From Planctomycetota bacterium (GTDB lineage Bacteria; Planctomycetota; UBA11346): a stretch of 33,831 nt of DNA. Below are positions 28,129 to 33,831 of this stretch, piece after piece; position 1 is the first letter of the stretch; each line of letters opens with the position of its first letter. The stretch lies in contig JBBRLJ010000050.1 in the NCBI GenBank assembly GCA_038231435.1, positions 1 through 33,831 on the forward strand, in the 5' to 3' direction. The notes under the pieces are model-generated. The model was not told where the DNA came from, made no database searches, and saw only the letters and a list, made by a program, of their open reading frames with translations. Position numbers and translations under genes: made by a program.

Positions 28129-30663
28129 ATGGCCCGACACCAGGGAAAGTCCAGCAAGCACTCCAACACGCCAGGCAAGAGCCGGCCCCAGGGCGGCCGA
28201 GGCGGCGAGGCGGCCGGAGGTGGAGGTGGAAGCGGAGCTCGGTCTCAGGACGGTCGTAATTCGCAGCGTCCCATGCGCGAGCAGCTGCGCTCGCGGGTCT
28301 CCGGACTCGGAGGCCGAGGCGGTCGTGGCGGCGGCAGCGGAGCCGGTGGACGGCCCTCAGGTCCGCCACCGCCGACCCAGGCGCTCTTGAAGGCGCTCGC
28401 CGACATGCCGATGGGCGCCACCGCCAACCAGCTCGCCACCGAGATCGGTGGCGAGATCGACACCCGCGAACTCGCGATCGTGCTACGCAAGCTCGTCGAG
28501 CAGGGTCAGGTGCTCGAAGTCCGCCCCGGGCGCTACCAGGTCTCCGGCACCGGGGGCGAATTCTCGGTGATTGTCGAACCTGAAGGCGGTTCCGCGGGCG
28601 CCAAGCCCAAGGTCGGCGAGATCCAGCGCCTGCAGGCGCGCTTCCCCGATGCGCGCATCTTGCCGATCAATCCCGCCTATGCGCTCGGAGCTCACGCCGG
28701 TGACGTCGCCCAGGCGGTGGTCGGCGAGGATGGACTGGCGCTGATCACGCGCATCCTGCGCCGCGGCGGCCGCGAAGTCGTCGGCACCATCATGTTCCGT
28801 CCGACCGGCACGCTGCTCATCCCGGACAACCGCAAGGACGGCCAGCTGCCGGTGCTGAGCGCCTTCCCACGCTTCCATGACGAGTACCACGCGGGCGACC
28901 GCGTCATCGGCACCATCGCCGTGGATGCCAGCGGCCAGGCCGGAGTGCATCTGACGCGCATCCTCGGCAAGGAGACGCCAGAGGTCGCCGACTTCCGCTA
29001 CGTCTGCCTGGTGCACGACCTGCCGAAGGAGTTCCCGCCCGAGGTCGAAGAGCAGGCCAAGGCCTACCGCGACTCGCTGTCGCTCGGGTCGCGCGAGGAT
29101 CTACGCCAAAAGCTGGTCTTCACCATCGATCCGGTCACCGCGAAGGACTTCGACGACGCCATCAGCCTCGAACCGCGCCCGGGCGGTGGCTGGATCCTGG
29201 GCGTGCACATCGCCGACGTCAGCCACTACGTCACCGAGAAGTCGGCGCTCGATGCCGAGGCCGGACTGCGCGGCACCAGCTGCTACCTGATCAACCGTGT
29301 AATCCCGATGCTCCCCGAGTCGCTCTCCAACGGACTGTGCTCGCTGGTGCCGAACCGCGATCGCTATTGCCTGTCGGCGTTCCTCACCCTCGACAAGAGC
29401 TGCAACCTGATCGGCACCCGCCTGGCGGAAACCATCATCTGCAGCCGCCATCGCCTGACCTATGAAGAGGCCCTGGCCATCCTCGAGAAGCAGGACACGC
29501 CAGGCCAATGGCCGCAGGACCTGCGCCAGACGGTGACGACGGTCGGCGACATCGCCCAGACCCTGCGCCGCGCGCGCGATAAGGCGGGTGCGCTCAACCT
29601 GTTCTCGGTCGAGCACCGCTTCTCGCTGGACGTCAACGGCGTGCCCATCGAAGTCGGCCAGGAGGTCAGCGACATCTCGCACCAGCTGATCGAGGAGTGC
29701 ATGCTGCTGGCCAACCGCGCGGTCGCGGAATGGCTCGAGTCCAAGAAGCTCCCTTGCGTCTACCGCATCCACCAGGAGCCCGACCCCGAGCGCATGCAGC
29801 AGTTCGCGCAGGTGCTCGAGGCCTATGGCAAGGACGGCAGCCAGGTCACCAACCGCTTCGCGCTGCAGAAGCTGCTGTTCGAACTCGCCAAGGAGCCGCC
29901 GGCCTCACGCTTGGTGCTGAACTACCTGTGCCTGCGCTCCTTCAAGAAGGCGGTGTATTCCACCGAGAATATCGGCCACTACGCGCTCGCCTTCCGCAGC
30001 TACGCGCACTTCACCAGCCCGATCCGGCGCTATCCGGATCTGCTGGTCCACCGTCTGGTGAAACGCGGACTGAATCTGCCAGAATTCCGGAACGTCGAGA
30101 TCCGCCATGGCTACCTCGACGCGCTGGCGAAGCAGTCGACTTGGCTCGAGCAGCGCGCCGAGGGCGCCGAGCGCGATCTGCACGCGCGCAAATCGACGCG
30201 CTACCTGGCCGAACGCATGGGCGAGGTCTTCCCAGGCGTGGTGCTGATGGCGACACCAGGCGGGCTCAGCGTCCAGCTGATGGAGACCGGCATGGAGGGC
30301 TTCGTGCCCATGCGCGAGCTCAAGGACGACTTCTACAGCTACGACTCGCAGCGCATGGCGCTCATCGGCCGGCACAGCTCGCGGGTGATCGGCGTCGGCA
30401 TCGAGCTCGATGTGCAGGTCGTCGCGGTCGACATCGATCGCAGCGATGTGGTGCTGGGATTGTCGGATGCGGGATTGGGCAATGCCGGAAAAGGCGGGAA
30501 GCCCGCAAGCAAGTCGCTGCAGGGGCGCGGCGGGGACGCGCGCGGGGGACAGCAGCAGCAGCGCGGCGGAGGAGGCGGAGGCGGTGATCGCAAGCGGGGG
30601 GATACCCAGCGGGTCGAGAAGGAACGGCGCAGGGATGAAGGGAAGAAGAAGCGGAGGCGGTGA
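28129..30663 (+). CDS. rnr: Ribonuclease R (RNB family) with Gly/Arg-rich termini
   Basis: FTIDPVTAKDFDDAIS, VHIADVSHYV, LIEECMLLAN, HFTSPIRRYPDLLVHR, C-terminal S1 domain and basic tail. Confidence 0.93.
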   Translation: MARHQGKSSKHSNTPGKSRPQGGRGGEAAGGGGGSGARSQDGRNSQRPMREQLRSRVSGLGGRGGRGGGSGAGGRPSGPPPPTQALLKALADMPMGATANQLATEIGGEIDTRELAIVLRKLVEQGQVLEVRPGRYQVSGTGGEFSVIVEPEGGSAGAKPKVGEIQRLQARFPDARILPINPAYALGAHAGDVAQAVVGEDGLALITRILRRGGREVVGTIMFRPTGTLLIPDNRKDGQLPVLSAFPRFHDEYHAGDRVIGTIAVDASGQAGVHLTRILGKETPEVADFRYVCLVHDLPKEFPPEVEEQAKAYRDSLSLGSREDLRQKLVFTIDPVTAKDFDDAISLEPRPGGGWILGVHIADVSHYVTEKSALDAEAGLRGTSCYLINRVIPMLPESLSNGLCSLVPNRDRYCLSAFLTLDKSCNLIGTRLAETIICSRHRLTYEEALAILEKQDTPGQWPQDLRQTVTTVGDIAQTLRRARDKAGALNLFSVEHRFSLDVNGVPIEVGQEVSDISHQLIEECMLLANRAVAEWLESKKLPCVYRIHQEPDPERMQQFAQVLEAYGKDGSQVTNRFALQKLLFELAKEPPASRLVLNYLCLRSFKKAVYSTENIGHYALAFRSYAHFTSPIRRYPDLLVHRLVKRGLNLPEFRNVEIRHGYLDALAKQSTWLEQRAEGAERDLHARKSTRYLAERMGEVFPGVVLMATPGGLSVQLMETGMEGFVPMRELKDDFYSYDSQRMALIGRHSSRVIGVGIELDVQVVAVDIDRSDVVLGLSDAGLGNAGKGGKPASKSLQGRGGDARGGQQQQRGGGGGGGDRKRGDTQRVEKERRRDEGKKKRRR

Positions 30664-30667
30664 GACG

Positions 30668-30684
30668 GCTAGAAGCTAGAAGCT
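30668..30684. repeat. Short GAAGCTA heptamer run just after the rnr stop
   Basis: GCTAGAAGCTAGAAGCT. Confidence 0.7.
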
Positions 30685-30724
30685 GGGCACGGTTTTTGTG
30701 GGGCTCTCCTCGGAATCGCGATCG

Positions 30725-30819
30725 TAGCGAAGGTGCTCGCAGTCAAGGCCGATCGGCGGGGCGCCGATTGCCGCGGAGGAACCGCGGTTGGCAGCCTTGA
30801 CAGCTGCGCGCCTTCGCTG
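30725..30819 (+). ncRNA. Candidate structured leader RNA, copy 1, upstream of four-helix-bundle gene A
   Basis: Pairings AGCGAAGGTG/CGCCTTCGCT, CGCA/TGCG and GTCAAGGC/GCCTTGAC enclose hairpins GATCGGCG-GGG-CGCCGATT and GCCGCGG-AGGAA-CCGCGGT. Covaries with copy 2. Confidence 0.65.
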
Positions 30820-30845
30820 GGTTTTTGGCGAAGGAGAGCAACACC

Positions 30846-31190
30846 ATGGCTCGGTATCAAGATTTCATCGTGTGGCAGAAAGCGCATCAATTCGCTATCA
30901 GGATCGACGCGGTGGCTCCGCTGTTGCGGTGCGACGCGGCTGGCCAGCTGCGGCGGTCGGCGGCTTCCATCCCTGACAACATCGCCGAAGGCTCTGAACG
31001 CGGCAGCGCGCCCCAGTTCGCGCACTTCCTCGCGATCGCCCACGGCTCCTGCGCGGAGGCGCAGAGCCAGCTGCGCCGCGCGCACGCGTGCGGTTATCTC
31101 GGGCGCGAAGCTTTCCTCGATCTCATCGATCTCGCCCAGCAGATCGGCTGGATGCTCGGCGCGATGCGCCGGACGGTAGTCACGACGTGA
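30846..31190 (+). CDS. Four helix bundle protein (23S rRNA IVP-like / Avd-like fold), paralog A, 114 aa
   Basis: Y.D..VWQKA, QLRRSAASIPDNIAEG..R, F..FL.IA.GS.AE family signature. AAGGAG SD at 30831-30836. Confidence 0.9.
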   Translation: MARYQDFIVWQKAHQFAIRIDAVAPLLRCDAAGQLRRSAASIPDNIAEGSERGSAPQFAHFLAIAHGSCAEAQSQLRRAHACGYLGREAFLDLIDLAQQIGWMLGAMRRTVVTT

Positions 31191-31202
31191 TTGCGTTGCG
31201 CA

Positions 31203-31556
31203 TCAGGTGCCGCGCCCCAGTACGCGGATGAGGACCGTGAGCATCTTCCCGGTGCTCTCGAGGCGATGGAATAGTTCGTCGCGTAGGGGCGCCTCGACCA
31301 GGGCGCTATCGGACGCCTCGTACAGATGGCTGCGCAACTCGTCGCACGATGAGCGCGCGTATCTGAGGTACCGGCGGAAGTCCGCGTCGCTGCCGCGGCT
31401 GCTGCCTTCTGCGATGTTCGCCGACACCGAGTTCGCCGCGCGCTCCATCTGATCTACCAGATCCCGCCGCCGCCCGAAACCCGCGACCACCTCCCGCGTC
31501 ACCCGCGCCATGATGCGCGCCTCCTGCCAAACCCGCAGATCCTCGAAGCGTTTCAT
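31203..31556 (-). CDS. Four helix bundle protein (23S rRNA IVP-like / Avd-like fold), paralog B, 117 aa
   Basis: FEDLRVWQEA, DQMERAANSVSANIAEG..R, F.RYL.YAR.S..E. AAGGAG SD at 31568-31563. Start trimmed to ATG 31556. Confidence 0.92.
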   Translation of the reverse strand: MKRFEDLRVWQEARIMARVTREVVAGFGRRRDLVDQMERAANSVSANIAEGSSRGSDADFRRYLRYARSSCDELRSHLYEASDSALVEAPLRDELFHRLESTGKMLTVLIRVLGRGT

Positions 31557-31580
31557 GATGTTCTCCTTTCCCACACCAAC

Positions 31581-31684
31581 CCGCGAAACGCGCGCAGCTG
31601 TCAAGGCTGGCCGCCCCGGCCACGGCGGTTCCTCCGCCGCAAGGCCGCTCCGGCCGCAGGCCTTGACTGCGAGCACGTCCGCGA
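31581..31684 (-). ncRNA. Candidate structured leader RNA, copy 2, upstream of four-helix-bundle gene B
   Basis: Minus-strand pairings CGCGGACGTG/CGCGTTTCGCG and GTCAAGGC/GCCTTGAC enclose GGCCG-GAG-CGGCC, GCGGCGG-AGGAA-CCGCCGT and GGCCG-GGG-CGGCC. Confidence 0.65.
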
Positions 31685-31746
31685 CGATCAGGAATTAAGG
31701 AGAAGACGTCCAAGCCAAAAGGAACCAAACGAACCACAACATCGAT

Positions 31747-31780
31747 GCCAGCAGCCAGAAGCCACAGAAGCCAGAAGCCC
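31747..31780. repeat. Degenerate GAAGCCA heptamer run
   Basis: GCCAGCAGCCAGAAGCCACAGAAGCCAGAAGCCC. Confidence 0.7.
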
Positions 31781-31852
31781 GCCTCGTCCCCCTCCCCCCT
31801 GGAAAACCACACATCCCCCCCCACCATCCCCCACCTCAAGGAGCCCCTTCCC

Positions 31853-32782
31853 ATGCCCACCGCCCTCGTCTTCCCCGGCCAAGGCGCTCAGTACATCGGC
31901 ATGGGCAAGGATCTCGCCGCGCATGTCCCAGCAGCACGCGCTCTACTCGAGGAAGCCGACCGAATCTTGGGCTTCCCGCTCTCGCGCGTCATTGCCGAAG
32001 GTCCCGAAGAACAGCTGATGCGCACCGACGTCAGTCAGCCGGCGATCCTGGTGTCGAGCCTGATGTCCTACGAGGCGCTGAAAGCCCGGAAGACGCCTGA
32101 CTTCGTCGCCACTGCTGGCCTCAGCCTGGGCGAATACACCGCGCTCGTGGCTGCCGGCGCCCTGGGCTTCGCCGACGCGGTCAAGCTGGTGCGACTGCGC
32201 GGCGAAGCCATGCAGGCAGCGGCCGAGGCGGTGAAGAGCGGCATGGTTGCGCTGATCGGCGCGGACGAAGCCAGCGCGCAGAAACTGTGCGACGCGTGCG
32301 CGAGTGGCGAGACCCTGCAGGTCGCGAACCTCAACAGCCCCGGACAGGTGGTGATCTCAGGCGCCGCCGGCGCCTGCGCGCGCGCGGTCGAGATGGTCCA
32401 GGCCAAGGGCAAGGAGCTGGGCATGCGCAAGGCGATCGCGCTGAACGTCGCCGGCGCCTTCCACAGCGCGCTGATGGCGCCGGCCGCCGAGCGCTTGCGC
32501 GCGGCGCTCGCGGTCGCGCGCATCTCGGACCCCAGGGTGCCGGTGTATGCGAACGTGCACGCGCGACCGGTGACCAAGGCCGCCGAGATTCCCGAGCTGC
32601 TGGTAGCGCAGCTGACCAAGCCGGTGCGCTGGGCGGATTCGGTGGTGGCGATGAATCAGGCCGGCATCACGGAATTCCTCGAGCTCGGGCCAGGCAAGAC
32701 GCTGTCGGGCATGATCGCCCGCACCGTGACCGGCGCCGCGTGCCGCAATCTCGATGGCGCGGCGGACGCCGCGGGCTTCTGA
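31853..32782 (+). CDS. fabD: Malonyl CoA-ACP transacylase
   Basis: FPGQGAQ..GMG, QPAI, GLSLGEY, RG..MQ, N.NSPGQ.VISG, AFHS, ELGPGK. SD AAGGAG at 31838-31843. Confidence 0.96.
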   Translation: MPTALVFPGQGAQYIGMGKDLAAHVPAARALLEEADRILGFPLSRVIAEGPEEQLMRTDVSQPAILVSSLMSYEALKARKTPDFVATAGLSLGEYTALVAAGALGFADAVKLVRLRGEAMQAAAEAVKSGMVALIGADEASAQKLCDACASGETLQVANLNSPGQVVISGAAGACARAVEMVQAKGKELGMRKAIALNVAGAFHSALMAPAAERLRAALAVARISDPRVPVYANVHARPVTKAAEIPELLVAQLTKPVRWADSVVAMNQAGITEFLELGPGKTLSGMIARTVTGAACRNLDGAADAAGF

Positions 32783-32784
32783 GG

Positions 32785-33348
32785 ATGAGCCAGGAGTGGA
32801 TACGCCAAGAGCATCGGCGCTCGGCCAGCGTGGCGACCGTATTCGCTGGGCTCGCCACGATCTGGCTGGCTGGCTGCGCTGGCGACGACAGCCGATCGCT
32901 CCGAACGGAGGCGATGGCGACCCGTGCAGGACAGAAGCCTCTGGCCGTGGCGGCCGTCGACGACGCGGCCGCGCTGATGATCGCCGCCTACCGTTTCGAG
33001 TTCGCGCTGCATGCCTCGGACGCCGATCGCGCGGAGTTCGGCGGCTTCTTCCTGGATTACCCCCCGGAACGCGAAGGCCAGTTCCTCGAGGCCTTCGCGC
33101 GCAATTCCCCGCCGGTCCGGCAGAAGCGCTGGTGCCGCATGACCACCGGCCAGGCAGTGATCGACCAGATGACCGGCAAGGCCGGCGTGTCCTTCGTGGC
33201 CGAGGTCAAGAAGATCGAGGGCGAGCGCGCCCTGGTGATGATGAACTGGTGGAGCGATCCGGATCTCGCCGCGGGCGCGCTCATCGGCCTCGAACGCCAG
33301 GACGGCCAGTGGCAAGTCACCGGCTACCAGCCGATCTGGGTTCGGTAA
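32785..33348 (+). CDS. Hypothetical lipoprotein, 187 aa
   Basis: ATG 2 nt after the fabD stop. Hydrophobic stretch ending in lipobox LAGC. GC3-rich codon usage. No recognised family. Confidence 0.65.
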   Translation: MSQEWIRQEHRRSASVATVFAGLATIWLAGCAGDDSRSLRTEAMATRAGQKPLAVAAVDDAAALMIAAYRFEFALHASDADRAEFGGFFLDYPPEREGQFLEAFARNSPPVRQKRWCRMTTGQAVIDQMTGKAGVSFVAEVKKIEGERALVMMNWWSDPDLAAGALIGLERQDGQWQVTGYQPIWVR

Positions 33349-33353
33349 TTGTT

Positions 33354-33831
33354 CAAGGGCTTCGCCCCTGCGGCCATGCGGGCCTACCCCACGGGCTTTG
33401 TCGTGGCTCGTTTTCGCCGTCCCGGCGAAAACGTGGGTGGATCGGCTGCGCCGATTGTATCCGCCCATCGCCACTCGGCGCCCGCCCCCTCGCGGAGCGA
33501 TGGGGCCCCCGACCAATCCGGCGGCGCAGCCGCCGCGGCCGCCGAGTCCTGGTTTGCGTGAATAATGGGCGTAGCCCATCACGCAAACTTTTTGGCCGCC
33601 CGGCGGACAAAAAGAAGGACGACAAAGGACGTGGGGGGCCGGGGGCAAAGCCCCCGCACAAAAAGCGGCCGCCGAGACCTGGTTTGCGTGAATAATGGGC
33701 GTAGCCCATCACACAAACATTTTGGCCGCCCGGCGGACAAAAAGAAGGACGACAAAGGACGTGGGGGGCCGGGGGCAAAGCCCCCGCACAAAAAGCGGCC
33801 GCCGAGACCTGGTTTGCGTGAATAATGGGCG
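33354..33831 (+). repeat. Long composite structured element of repeat family 1 (copy E) with a 130-bp tandem expansion, truncated by right window edge
   Basis: Core at 33355-33403. Colinear with 21012-21376. CCTGGTTTGCGTGAATAATGGGCG recurs at 33548, 33678 and 33808 (period 130). Confidence 0.92.

Noticed and set aside
30797..30825. TTGACA in both leaders as a sigma70 -35 box
   Set aside because: No -10-like hexamer 16-18 nt downstream in either copy (GGTTTT, GGTTGG). The conservation is explained by pairing with GTCAAGGC, although a promoter role cannot be fully excluded.
30846..31556. Diversity-generating retroelement or 23S rRNA intervening sequence suggested by Avd/IVP-like proteins
   Set aside because: No reverse transcriptase, no TR/VR pair differing at adenines and no rRNA sequence in the window.
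30733..31676. ORFs starting MLAVKA (30733..31179 + and the 5' extension of 31203..31676 -) as conserved leader peptides
   Set aside because: The similarity only reflects the shared nucleotide element. Frames diverge after six codons, and good SDs support starts at 30846 and 31556.
32110..32140. FabD active site GLSLG instead of GHSLG
   Set aside because: A common natural FabD variant. The catalytic Ser, Arg and AFHS His are present.
33353..33825. Small ORFs within the terminal repeat and the 21.0-21.4 kb element
   Set aside because: Translations of a non-coding hairpin repeat. Indels between copies break the frames.
33535..33831. CRISPR array
   Set aside because: The 130-bp units are near-identical throughout, with no unique spacers and no cas genes.

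Overview
High-GC bacterial chromosomal segment. It is probably Planctomycetota/PVC-like (inference from the tandem membrane Ser/Thr kinases, the FHA-domain enhancer-binding protein and the extended SecG). Most genes are housekeeping: PII, accA, a CYTH protein, two Hanks kinases, trxB, lipoate ligase, lpdA-pdhCBA, secG, tpiA, tyrA, an O-antigen-ligase-like protein, a PilT/PilU ATPase, an FHA-GAF-AAA+ regulator, queE, mltA, a LysR regulator, rnr and fabD. The unusual content is non-coding. (1) Between rnr and fabD, two diverged four-helix-bundle (IVP/Avd-like) genes converge. Each is preceded by a copy of the same ~95-105 nt leader, which folds into a long stem with a multi-branch junction, shows compensatory changes and keeps an invariant AGGAA loop. 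This is a candidate undescribed RNA-protein module. (2) GAAGCYN heptamer arrays with shared purine-rich flanks, twice with an inverted copy, occupy six intergenic gaps from 22.6 to 31.8 kb. (3) A GTAG-REP-like structured repeat family has five core copies, two long covarying copies and a 130-bp tandem expansion, and it lies at both window ends. No rRNA, tRNA, CRISPR array or transposase was recognised.
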